From Strigamia acuminata (lineage: Eukaryota), in the NCBI GenBank assembly GCA_949358305.1, contig OX442314.1:7316001-7380000 (forward strand): a stretch of DNA of 64,000 bases. Reading direction: 5' to 3'. Position 1 is the stretch's first letter. Every line of letters begins with the position of its first letter. The notes below the pieces were generated by a model. It was not told the DNA's origin. It saw only the letters and a program-made list of their open reading frames with translations, and ran no database searches. The translations under genes were made by a program, and so were the position numbers. Below, piece by piece: positions 34,381-46,879 of the stretch.

Positions 34381-36736
34381 TAGTCTAAAAAATAAGGAAA
34401 AATAGTGTAAAAATAATTGAATCTCATTTTTTAGAAGGGACTCAAGTTTCATCTATAATATATTACTTTCTTAACCCTTGGAGGCGAAAGGCTATATGCA
34501 TTTAGAGACAAGCAGTTTCTTGAAAAGGAAATATTTTCCATATTCATTTTTTTTGCTGAATTTTTTTTTACTGTGTGACGGGAAAACCTAGCACCTAACA
34601 TAAAAGTGTAATTTCTCCTGTTGACAATCATTTAAGTTGTGTCTGTAGTTATATACAGGGTGTCCCAAAAGTCTTAACCCCCCCCCCCCCCTAAATATTT
34701 CGTGAGCAATTGCATGTAGGCCAACTTTGATCGGGACAGAATATAACACAAGCGTGTTCAATTTCCTGATAAAAACCATTAAATTGTGTGTACCGGTTAT
34801 AAACTATTAAATGAGTAAATAAACCATTAGACAAAACAGCTAACGTATAATTACAAGCAGTAAATAACTGTCAGACTCGAGACCAGCTACAAAATCGTTT
34901 CCGGTATTTCTACGAAAACTATAAGCTGCGGAGAAATATTAGACATTATAACGACTTAGGCATCAGAGGCGATAGTTAATATTCTATCCAGACTACGTCA
35001 CTCAGTTTGGCAACAGCTAAAGTCTGCTTCGGTGTAACGTCGCGGACCGATATTTTTGTTCCAAAGTGTCGCAGAGCAGTATCACATTCAGTTTTGGTGA
35101 AATTTTGATGGACTAGGTAATATTTATTTAAAACAAAAGTAATTTTTATGCACTTCAGATTGCATGAGATTAAATGGGGTTTTTCATGTTCATAATTAAC
35201 AATTACGCACTTTGTGGACCATGTTGCTGGATTCTGAATTTACCTAATGGTAACTGCATTCGCCGCTAGATGGCTTTAACTGGCGGGAAAAATTCGTAAC
35301 GATCGATAATACGCGTGTAATATCGATTAACTAGCAAAAAAATACGAGAAACTATTAACTGAAAGTTCACGTTTCAAAGTCATTTCACCTTTTGATCAAA
35401 AACACAAAAACGTGTTTACACAAATTTAATTGAAAACTTATTTCCACCAGCTTACGAGTAATTGAAAACTTATTTCCACCAGCTTACGAGTAATTGAAAA
35501 CTTGTTTACACAAATTTAATAGAAAACTTGCTTACATCAATTTAATTGAAAACTTGTTTACACCAGTTTAATTGAAAACGAAAATGTAATTTAGAGAATT
35601 GCCATTAATTTCAGAGTGAATTATAATTTACCGGTAATAAGCAATTGAAAAGAAATGAAAGCATTTTATAGTTCCGAAATAATAACCCAACTTGCAGTTG
35701 TTGTTTCCATTTTATACATCTTTAACATTCATGTATTAAAAACGTCATTTAGAAGTTCTGTTTACGAGTTACTAATAATTATAATTAGAAAATTGTATTG
35801 CAGACAAGGGTATACAAGTATTATCACCTGTTGATGTCTGGTGTTTAACCTAGTGGCAAAACACAAAATTACTCACAATTTCAATTGCTAGCATAGAGTG
35901 AGGGTCCAGTTTTTTTGAACACGACTGTACATTTAATGTTACTCTAAAATAAAAAGTAATTTTCATTTTAAAAATGAAGTTTTATGCTTTTTTTATTTTA
36001 AAATGCATGTCTGTTAAGTTGATTGCTTGCTTTGTCAGGACAAAAAATCTATTGCTATGTCTGTACTTCTATTTATATCTGTATATCTGTATAATGCAAT
36101 TCTGGTGTTTTGGGTCTTTTTTTATGTATCACTACACTAGTGAAATGGCTCGGCCAATGGGAGCCAAGATTCCAGGGCTCCTCTTGAGTGTGGAAAGAGT
36201 ATACAGCAAAATGTTATGTGTTATCCAACCACGCCACTCATGAGGCTGTAGTAACACTATCACAATACAAAACAATGGTCAAGAATGACCAATGGAGTGC
36301 ACAGTGCTGGACTGGCCCGGCGGGTTTCCGGGAATTTCCCGGTGGCCTGTGGCGGGCCCACCGTGGCCTTTCCCTGGTTTACCGTAGCCTGTCCCTATGG
36401 TCCGATCCATCCATATTTCCCAATACTAAACTTGTACCCGGTCCAGCCCTGGGAATGCAAGACACTCCAGCTAAATAACAACTGGAATTAGAAAATCGTC
36501 TGTGCAGAATGGAATGTGCAGTACGAATTTAATTGTTAACACTTTGAATGTCACACCGTCACTGTGATGTGTGGTTATAAATATGGCCGAGGCTCTTTCC
36601 CCGAACGTGTGGGGAAATAACATGTACCTTATTTCCCCATACATGTGGGGAAATAGTCGGCCCTAACTGGCCAGGCTGTTTCCCCACACAATCTGATTGT
36701 GATCTGATTGTGTACGGTATGGGGAAATAACATGTA

Positions 36737-37189
36737 CAGTCGTGTTCATCAAAACTGGACCCTCATTCTATGCTGGCAAGTGAAATTGTGAGTAATTTTA
36801 TATTTTGCCACTAGGTGAAACACAAGACATCAACTGGTGATAATACTTGTATAATACTTGCATAGCAGACAAGGGTATGCAAGTAACTTATTATCACCTG
36901 TTGATGTCTGATGTTTAACCTAGAGGCAAAACACGAAAGTACTGTGAGTCTATTACAATCCGACTAAGGTTAAAGCAAAGGTAAGACTGAACTTTATTCG
37001 CAAATACAAAATGGCGTACAATGGGATTTACGGTAGCCAATCCGTAAACCCCTTACAAGACCGGGACGCCCCCTTACGGTAGAGGGTGGACTCGGGACAA
37101 GGGATGGGATCCGGTGTCCGGTAGTCACAAGTACTTGCAATCTCAATTGCCAGCCTAGAGTAAGGGTCAAATTTTTTTTAACACGACTG
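36737..37189. mobile_element. Tc1-like MITE (partial relatives ending at about 520, 35928 and 49585)
   Basis: TA|CAGTCGTGTT...AACACGACTG|TA. Confidence 0.7.
36943..37129 (-). mobile_element. 187-bp solo LTR
   Basis: TGTGA...TCACA with TSD AGTAC and AATAAA on the minus strand. The empty site is at about 462 and 49526. Confidence 0.8.
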
Positions 37190-37532
37190 TACCTTTTCAC
37201 ACCACCAAAAGCAGGTAAAAAGATGATAACATCTACACTTATTCTATTCAATAATTAAATTGTTTATACCGTATTTTACCGATTAAGAGTCGCTTTCAAA
37301 TTGTAGCCGCCCTCGAATAGTAGTATTCAACCTCACGAACGATAAACGTACGCTTCGTTTGTGACATTCAGACTTCGTTTGTTACATTAAACAAATGTAA
37401 CAAATGAAAAACGGAAATTGTAAGTGATGACAAAAATGGCAGTTTTGAATAAGAGCCGCGGCTATTAATCAACAAAATACGGTAATCATCAATTGTCATT
37501 CCAGAATAAACCTTGGATTTAAGTAAGATACA

Positions 37533-40500
37533 ATGCGGAATAATAATTTGGTGAGGAGACTACGTCCTGCAATTCATCAATTGTTGAAGGATGATGCAAA
37601 TACATTTCGATGCAACTTAGTTGGTTTGGATGATTTCATTAACAGCAGAAAACATTGGACAAAGCGTCACACCTGTTGGCTACTTTTATTCTCATTTTGC
37701 ATGTGCATGCTCACTTATCAGACTTACGATAGAATAATGCATTATTTAAGTTATCCTACGGCTGTTGATGTAACGAGTAGATCGGAAGAGGTCGTTCTAC
37801 CAAATTTGTTGATATGTAATAGCAATACAAAAGAAATGTCGAGACTTTGGAATAAAACTAACTCAAAATCCAAACCATCACGCTTCGACTGCTTGAAGAT
37901 GGTAAATACACTGATGGGAAACCCAACTTCCAGTCTAGAGGAAATTTGGGAAGCGAGTAATTTGACGAAAGAAGTAGTGAGCGTAAAAATAAAAGTAATA
38001 AAGATGGAATAAAGTACGGAGTAATTTTTAATAAGTTAAAAAAAATTTATTTGAATTTGTTTATTTTGTATAGGGATATTCTAATTCAAACAAAACATTT
38101 GTTCTGACCGAAATGATCAATCATTATGGAATATGCTCATCAATTCAATTTCGTAAGTATAATCAAAATTTACCACCATCAATTTGAATGCACTTTATTA
38201 TTTATTGATATATAGCTAAGGCATCTAGCGAATCATTTGTTGGACAAGTCGTAACAGTTACAATAGCAAGTTATGATGGCATATGCCCTTCAGCACCATA
38301 CTTGGTAATTTTAATTAATTGCAAAAATAATTGTAGTCTACTTTTCTTTCCTTTGCCCTTAGCTTGGTCTTCATTTCTTCGATTTTGGAAAACATTTCGG
38401 GATGGGAATACAATATGCCGGTGGAACATCAAAAGTTTATTTGAGCTATAACAAAGTAAAATTTTATCAAACAACGAAAATTCCTATGCTTTACCTTATT
38501 TTATTCAAACATTTTAGTTCATTTTTCTGAATTCACCAATAAATGAATGCTCCGGTGAAGACGAATACAGAGAATGTTATCGGAGGTGTCTATTGAAGAA
38601 ATTTAAGACGTTAAGATGCAGGTAAGAAATCAAAACAGTCAACAGACAGCGTGGCTGCACATGTTAAATCACATTGTTTGTTTGTTGTTTGTTTGAGTTA
38701 CCATTTCCTACGTCAGTTCCGTTCGTTTCCTGCTTGATTTCCGTTCGATCCCTACGTTTTTTCCGTTTTCTACGTGATTTTCGTTTTCTACGTGATTTTC
38801 GTTTTGTACGTAATCTCCGTTCCTCATGACATTCTGGTCCAATTGTTGCAGCCCGCTTAGTGGAGAGAACGATGTAGTTTCACATAAAAATATAATGATT
38901 ACAAATTTTCCAATAAAGATTTCCCTTCATGAAGATCGATTTGCCGCTTTGCAAATGTTTAAAGGACATACAGATGCATCTTTTTGCTGCAATGCAGTTG
39001 ATTCAAACTACAAATCCCATTACTGTTTGTCTCTGTCGACGTCCATGTCATCAAATAACTTTTACACCTTCCACTGAAATTAGCGCAGAAGATGATAAAA
39101 GTACAGTATCTGTATCTCTAGCAATTGCTAATGACAAAATTAGCGTGTATGAAGAACGATACACGTACGACGCAATTGCTCTTCTGTCAGATGTAGGAGG
39201 CAATCTGGGCCTGTTCCTAGGTATCTCTGTAATATCATTACCTGATATCATTTGGTATTTATATTATGTTGCAACAAATATTCACCGAAAGACATCCGTT
39301 GATAAGATTCGCCCTCTGTACGAGATATGCAAGAAGAAAGTCACTGCAAACAAAGAGAAAACCATAACAAATGGAGTCTTAGAAAGGTTTAAGTTTGCGC
39401 TAGTATTTGTGACTGTGGGATTCACTTTATATTGGTTGCAAATTCGTATCGACTACTATATTGATGAACCGGTAACAACAATGGTTAGAATAGTTCAACG
39501 TCGTTACACCAAATTTCCGTCAGTCACCCTCTGTGCTGAAAATCAAAATAATGCCATGGACGAAACCAGATCACACTTCCTGAAACACACTAACAAAACC
39601 TGCAATGAGATATCGCCTTGGCAATTGTTCAATCACGAATTGTCACTGGTCGAAATCTGGGAAACACTCAATGTCCATGACGCAATTGATATTGAGAATG
39701 AGGTATGTCTGTACTAGTAGTATGTTATATTCCCAAAACAAACCCATCAATGAAAATTATTGTTTTTGAAGGTGTTATATGGATATAAAATTAAATTAAA
39801 TATATCAACGCATACTATTCCACTTCCTTTTGGTAATTGTTCACGAGTTAACACAGGTACTTGTAATTGTAATGTGCTTTTGCGTTCAATTTATGTGTTA
39901 GTTTTTATTATTGTCACTTTTTACCACCCAGCTTCACCCTGAGTTTTTATTATGGCATTTATTAACAGCATTACCGTATTTCATCAATTCTTAGATGCAC
40001 TTTTATTACCATACTAGCTGTGCCCGGCCATGCGTTGCTGTGGCTCATAAATAAATCCCGTGGAAATAAATCCCGTGGGAATAAATCCCGTGGAAATAAA
40101 TCCCGTGGAAATAAATCCCGTGGAAATAAATCCCGTGGAAATAAATCCCGTGGAAATAAATCCTGTAGAATTGTGTGTTGTATTTACGCCCAATAGATGG
40201 CGCTGTTTTTTCAAAAATGCATGTTTTTACCTGTCACAGGTGTGACATCTATATAAAAACCATATAACAGCAGTCGCCTATTTGAATGCAAAAATAGCTC
40301 AAATCAAATTAAAGAAATAAAAAAATTGTTCAAAAAATTCCATTTATGCTGGCAAAAAGTTTGAGACCAAATGCAAGGGAATCTTACCCCAAATCATCAT
40401 TGCTGATCCAACAACAAGTAACTGGCCAAAAAAGTGAAGAGAATAAATTTAATTTGGATGGACCTGATGGTGTTCAACACTATTTGTATGATTTACATCG

Positions 40501-41756
40501 ATCACCAAATCTATTTTTTGCTGGTAGGTGATTCATGACTTGGGGTGAAATTGCCTTGAATGAAACATCAACTCCTGCATTTGTTTCACAAAATTCTGCA
40601 TATTTTTCACAAAACTCTGCATATGTTGTTGAATTATTAGTCTTTTAAAAATTCTTTCTACGAACTCATGCATCCGAACTTTTTATCCTGACCTTTCCAA
40701 TACTTTTCAGAAAAATCAAAGGACCTAAATTCTTACCTTTTAATTACATTAACTAATGAATTTCCTCACAAACCATGTGACCAGGATCTAAAGGTAATAT
40801 TTATTTATTATTTATTGCATTCAACACTCCAATGGCGTTATTAAATGCAAAGATTAGTCAAAGAACATTTTGTCAATTATGGATAAATACTTGACACATA
40901 ATTGTGAATAATAATAATATTTAGTTTTTCATAAATAATCTGGATGAAGACGTTAACATTTTGGCACCTTTGACTTTAAAGTATGATTGGTGGAACTTAG
41001 TAACTCTTCGAGTACTTAAGGCAATAAATTAAACAAACAATACTTACATGCTTTTATTTTAACTTATTTTGATTTTAATGAATTAGACTATACAAAGAAA
41101 TACAAAGTACAATCCATGTGAGCAGAACAAAAGTTCTTATCTCAAGTGTAAAAATGCTTGCATCCAAAACAATTTGTTTCAAACTGTTAACTGCAGGTAA
41201 GCCAATCCAGACACTTCACTTTTTACACATATCAATTACGATTTTATCCTGGTTGCAACACATACTGTAACTGTATATACGCATACACCAGTTGTTCAAA
41301 AAATACCTAGGCGGTGCAGTTAAGTTACATGCTACAATTGTTTTCAAATGTTTCAGATTACCTTATTTCTGGAAGCCGGACTTACCAGTTTGTAACACAA
41401 CAACAGAAATTACTACCGCTCATTTAACATATTTAAAAAATTTTGACTCAAATCAAAAACAATGCAAATGTAGACTGCCTTGCAAAAATACTTTTCACAA
41501 ATTTGTTTTGCATGGGAATGAGAATAAATTATTGCCTTTTTCTGCCACATTAATAGCTATTGAATTCTCTGATACTTTCTTAGAGAGTATAGAAGAGCAA
41601 CAGGCATATCCGACATCTCAATTGCTAAGCGATGTCGGTAGCATCATAGGATTAGGTTTAGGAATGTCTTTGCTGTCTTTCTATGTTTGCATTTTAAACA
41701 CTTATACTTGGTGTAAGAATAAAAGGTTTTCGATGTGGTTCCAAAAGAAGAAATAA
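37533..41756 (+). CDS. Intact tandem two-subunit DEG/ENaC (pickpocket/ASIC-like) channel, 11 exons, about 794 aa
   Basis: Exons 37533-37994, 38074-38152, 38216-38304, 38363-38455, 38518-38621, 38919-39702, 39772-39856, 40711-40793, 40925-41020, 41087-41196 and 41357-41756 sum to 2385 nt and read open. TM1, PxxxxC, GxC, Cys-rich and TM2 motifs each occur twice. Confidence 0.85.
40330..40530 (+). mobile_element. Tc3/Tc1 transposase relic in ENaC intron 7 (also about 6300-6510 and 53690-53900)
   Basis: Translates KFNLDGPDGVQHY, resembling the Tc3 FNLDGPDG motif. Confidence 0.6.
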
Positions 41757-43244
41757 AATATACGCAAGACAATTTTATAACATTTTACACAGTAGTTTTT
41801 AAAGTTTACTTCATTTATAAAAAAAAAAATAAAAGTTATTTATCTTTATGGAACTATCCTTAAAATTATGTTCACGTGTGAACTGTTTTGATCTTTCCTG
41901 GTCATAAAATATTACTTCAATAAGCTATCCACATAAAATATTTTAAATCTCTCTTGCATCACAAATTGAAAAAAGGTCTATATTTAATGAACACGAATTG
42001 TTAGTTTGACATGCACTAGAAAGAGTCATTATTTTAAAAGTTAGCGGAATGGTTCCTGGTCTATCATCACCAGTGTGATCTTTTGTGTTCTCCAATCAAC
42101 TCCCTAAAATATTATAAATAGTACTTTTAAATGTATTAAAGCACATGTTTTGTGACGTAGACATCGTATTTGAATGCACGAGCACTTCAATCGTTCTTTT
42201 TGCGCTCGCAACATTATAGTTAGTTGGTGAACTTGAGGCGGATTAACACACCCCGTAATTGACTGTAGCTTTGCTCTATGTAGATGTTTATCAAATGTTC
42301 AAAGTTGTATTTTAACCTTCTGGTGTACCTCGTTTAAAATGATTTGTTTTTAGAATAGTTATTAAAATGCACGCTGTACTTTCAAATGGCAAAATAAAAA
42401 AGTAGTTTAAAAACATTAATAGTTCATTCAATGTATCACATGACAGAAACAATACGGTTTCATGCACAGGTGACAGGTCCTTCTAAATATTTTATCCTTT
42501 GCCACAGAGTCAAACATACACACAAGCCAAATAACTTATAACGTGTTTCGGTTTTGGTCCAGTGTTCACTGTTCAGTATGTGTGCTGGATGTGCATACAC
42601 ACACTTTCTCTAATCAAATTTTCTAAAAAAAAGCATTAAATTTCTTATTTTAAAAAAAAATTGGATTGGATTGGATTCGATTCGATTCTAATTATTATTA
42701 ATTATTAATTAATTTATTACATTTCGTGCGACGCTTTTCATTTTTGAAAAATTTAATAAACAACTTGTCTTATCGTCGAATGGCTAATCCAGTCAAATAA
42801 TTCAATTCAATCGCAATGTCCGGCTCGTTCATCGGTTGTCGTTCCTCCATTACTGCATGGGCCAGATCCGGTCGAATGGTCGTTTGGTCCCAAACGCTCG
42901 TATGATTTTATACAGCGTCACTACCGATTGCTTGCGATCATCACAATTTTCCTGCGCGCAATTATCAGGTTAAGTTAGGTTAGGTTATTTGTAGGAGGAA
43001 GTTAATATTAAAATTTGAAATCACAAACCTCCTGGCATGCAATACACACAAATGAGCGCGAAAGGCATTGATCGCTTACAATGTCTGGTGCAGCGGCGGC
43101 GATCGGTCGTGTCGCTGTTGCATTTTTACACTTTAAATGGGCGCCTATCGACGTCAGAGCAGCAATAGCTCAGCCCCTTCGATTTAATGAAGTGACGTAA
43201 TTTTGCCCTAGCGGCCAAATCTAACAACTCGTTCAACCTTGATA

Positions 43245-44748
43245 ATGTCTGCCTCCGCTCAACCAAACAACGTGGAATTAGGATTCGCCGAAGAATGCGT
43301 TTCATGGAAGTTAACGAGCAAGTATTTCCCTAGCAAAATAGGCGGCAAACTCGTCTGGCTCGACCTGAAAAATCTCCCGTCAATCAAGCAGCTATCGTGT
43401 CCGAAATGCGAAAATCCGTGCGTTTTCCTGCTCCAAATCTACGCGCCCGTGGACGAGCACGACGAGTGCTACCACAGGTCCGTTTTGTTGTTCGTTTGCA
43501 AGAACGCAAACTGCTCCAAAAAGAACACGAACGAGAACATTTTAGTGTTCCGATGTCAACTGGCGAGGGTGAATGATTTTTTCGATAACGAGCCGTACGA
43601 AGAGGACGAAAACGACCCGACACCCAGCGCCGCCGATCTGAAACCGCTGTGCTGTGTTTGCGGCTGTCTGGGCCCGCTGCGCTGCTCCAAGTGTCACGTC
43701 AAACAATATTGTTCGTTGGGGCACCAGAAGATCGATTGGAAGGCCGGGCACAATAAGGAATGCAAATGTTTGGTCAAAAAAGGTGAAATTGAATTTTTTT
43801 TTTCGGCTGAAATTGAATTTTTTTTTTTTCGGCTGAAATTGATTTTTTTTAATTTTTTAATTTTTTTTTGGGTTTGGGTTTTATTTATCGATTTTTTGGG
43901 TTTTTATTTGATGTATTTATGGTTGTTTTGTGTTTTTTGGGTTTTTGATGGATTTATTTATCGATTTTTTTTGGGTTTTTATGATTTTATTTTATCGATT
44001 TTGTGAGTTTTTGTGTTTTTGATGAATTTTTAACGATTTTATCAGATTTTTGTGTTCAAATTAATGTTTTTAATGAATTTTTAACGATTTTATCAGATTT
44101 TTGTGTTTAAATTAATGTTTTTCATGAATTTTTAACGATTTTATCAGATTTTTGTGTTTAAATTAATGTTTTTAATGAATTTTTAACGATTTTATCAGAT
44201 TTTTGTGTTTAAATTAATGTTTTTCATGAATTTTTAACGATTTTATCAGATTTTTGTGTTTAAATTAATGTTTTTCATGAATTTTTAACGATTTTATCAG
44301 ATTTTTGTGTTTAAATTAATGTTTTTGATGAGTTTTGTGTGTTAAATGAGATTTTTATTGATTTTTTTGTGTTTTAAAGAAATTTTTTTTATTAATTTTA
44401 TGTTTTTTTGTGTTTAAATGATTTTTTAAAACCGATTTTATTGGTTGTTTTATACAATACTTTATCGATTTTCTTTTTCTTTTTCCTTTCATTTTTAAAT
44501 CAATTTCTGCATCGATTAATTAATTCTTTAGTGTATTTTTAAGATTGCGCCATCATGGTCGAATCGACCGGTTGGAAGGATTTTTTGCTGCCCGAGTACG
44601 AGATCGTGATGGAGGAAGAACCGAAAGCCGGCGACAGGCCGAAGAAATCGGAAGACGACGTTTTGAACGAGTACAAAACGTTTTTGGTGTCGGAAAAAGC
44701 GCAGTCGATGCTGCCCGAGAGCAGCGACAGCAACCACGTGCAACAAAT
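43245..44748 (+). CDS. PDCD2: PDCD2/Zfrp8 (MYND finger), exons 43245-43782 and 44544-44748; later exons not found, probably a partial duplicate
   Basis: VELGFAE...FPSKIGGK..WL, FLLQIYAP, HRS..LF.C, MYND finger and FLLPEYEIV.E.E motifs. The phase-1 splice joins in frame. Confidence 0.88.
44020..44330. repeat. 51-bp tandem repeat x about 6 in the PDCD2 intron
   Basis: GAATTTTTAACGATTTTATCAGATTTTTGTGTTTAAATTAATGTTTTT.AT units. Confidence 0.9.
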
Positions 44749-45583
44749 GTAAATGGGTTGAGTTTATCTTGATAGATTGTTTCAATTTGATTTAATCAAT
44801 TAATCCGCTGTAAATTCAAATATTTACACAAATTTACAATACGAACCCCCAGTTTTTCACCATTGATTTCTCCGTGCGCGTGACATTGGTTTTAAGATTC
44901 GCAAAGTCGATTTTCATTAATTTTGAGCAAAAACTGTTATATTTACTGACTTTCTAACTTTTTGGATTCGAGCAATAAAAACATGTCTTTTTGAAGTCAG
45001 AACAAGTTTATTGTAACTTTTTGGGGTTTACATATCAATATTCAAGGGAACAAAGGAGAATTTAGCATAATTTATGACACTTTTCGCCGACTTCCTGTTG
45101 CGCGTCATTCGTTATCATTCAAAACTCCTGCTGAAAGTTGGCTTCTCCGCACGTCAACATCTCATTCCGCTCGAAATCGTATGTCTCCGCTTATAACTAA
45201 AATGCCAGTTTTTAAAATTGGCTCGCACTTAACCAAACTCTATGAATAAAATACAAACTGGAAAGGCCCAAATAATGTTGACATACACACATGTTCGATA
45301 TAACTGTAGCCACTACGCCTGGTGGTAGTTTGGTACACACGCTTCGATCGGTTCTCCACTCTCCACATCAATTCATGCACAGTTGGTCAAGGCTAAATGT
45401 TAGATTGCTTATTAAAAAAAATTTAAAATGAAATTACAACTATTTTGGGTTTGGGTCAGATCGGACCCTGTTTTTGTCTTCTGTTTGTCATCACACATTG
45501 TGGAGACAAATTAGAAAATAAAACTTAATTTCCAATACAATGTCTGAGTAATTATTTGAGTAATTATTACCTTAGTAAAAATA

Positions 45584-45760
45584 GCTGCGATCCGGGTCTT
45601 GCAATCAATAAATACACTAACAATTAATGCAAACGCAGGTTGAATGCCGTTTATAGGACTTATATCTTATATCACATGTGATCTTAATTTAATCTGCTCA
45701 TTCATGCGTGCATTTAATTTTTACATGTTATTTCTACATTTTATTAATTTTTTTGACACT
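45584..45760 (-). mobile_element. Degenerate LTR fragment of the 13102 family
   Basis: GCTGCGATCCGGG...CGCAGGTTGAATGC...GACTTA matches the LTR end. Confidence 0.55.
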
Positions 45761-46879
45761 TTGACACTTTTGACACGCGACTCAATATCCGTTGAGTACG
45801 GCACGAAGTCCCAAACAAAAGCGTACAAATTTCAATCCTTTTTTCATAATTTCTTAACAAAATTTAATAAATTTATCAGAAATTCACAAAATGGCAAAAT
45901 GGTATTTTGCGTCGTCAAATATGCTGACACAAAAAATGTCAATAGAAATTTTCAACAACATGTTTGGAGAAGAAACGTGCACAACATAGTAATTAAACAT
46001 CATATTTCATCTGACAAATGTCTTTCAAAAAACTTTTAATGATAGGTTTTCTGACATTCAACTAGTGATTACCGGTAGTTGAAACCACCTTTTCAATGAC
46101 TCGTGCCATAGTGATAATTTATTCAAGCTGTCATTAATTTTAATATATTCTCCCAACAGACAACATCAATATAATGCATTGCTGTGGTAAGACGAAACAG
46201 ATCGAGTACTACGGATCCACGAAATACAACTTGGAAACTGTAAGTACAGAAAGCCAATGAAAAAAACTGACATTTTAAAAATTCCATCAAAATATTGATA
46301 ATAAGCTTAGAATTAATCGTTTAAGTCCTGTCAGCCCGGTTGGTTATAGTCATTTTAGCAACGATCATTTTAGCGATTTTTACCAAAAAAGTCCCATTTT
46401 AGCGAACATGTCATTTTAGCGACACAAAAACCTAGGTTTTAGCGACGAGCAGGCTCAAAAAAGTGGTTTTCATCAAAAAACCAGTAAGGTTAGGTTCGCG
46501 GGGGGTCAAGGGGGGGCTGTGCCCCCCCTTGTTAGCCCTTCTTAGGAATTAAACGTAGGTTTTTGTGTCGCTAAAATGACATGTTTGCTAAAATGCCGTG
46601 AAGTCAACCCTATTCCTCGGCCCGCCCGGACATCCAACCAGACGTTGCCTCCAGTTATTTTACGTGTATTAGAACCCAGACTTTTTGTTAACAAACAATA
46701 ATAATCATTGATATTGTTTTTTAAGTTATTCACATGTATTTTCACTTAGCGCGCACGTAGTTTAGCTTATTTGGTAGGTTAGATTTATCTCTAGAAAGAT
46801 CAAAAGGTAGAATCGTCACAATGCGCATAAAACCACATGGAACATTTCCACTTATTACAAATTAACTAATGTTTTGTGT

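Noticed and set aside
38919..39702. Two adjacent single-subunit ENaC genes mis-merged
   Set aside because: TM2 of unit A and TM1 of unit B lie in one continuous reading frame in all four copies, with no stop or intergenic space.
43783..44006. Hydrophobic C-terminal tail on the PDCD2 ORF
   Set aside because: Read-through into a T-rich intron past the GT donor at 43783.
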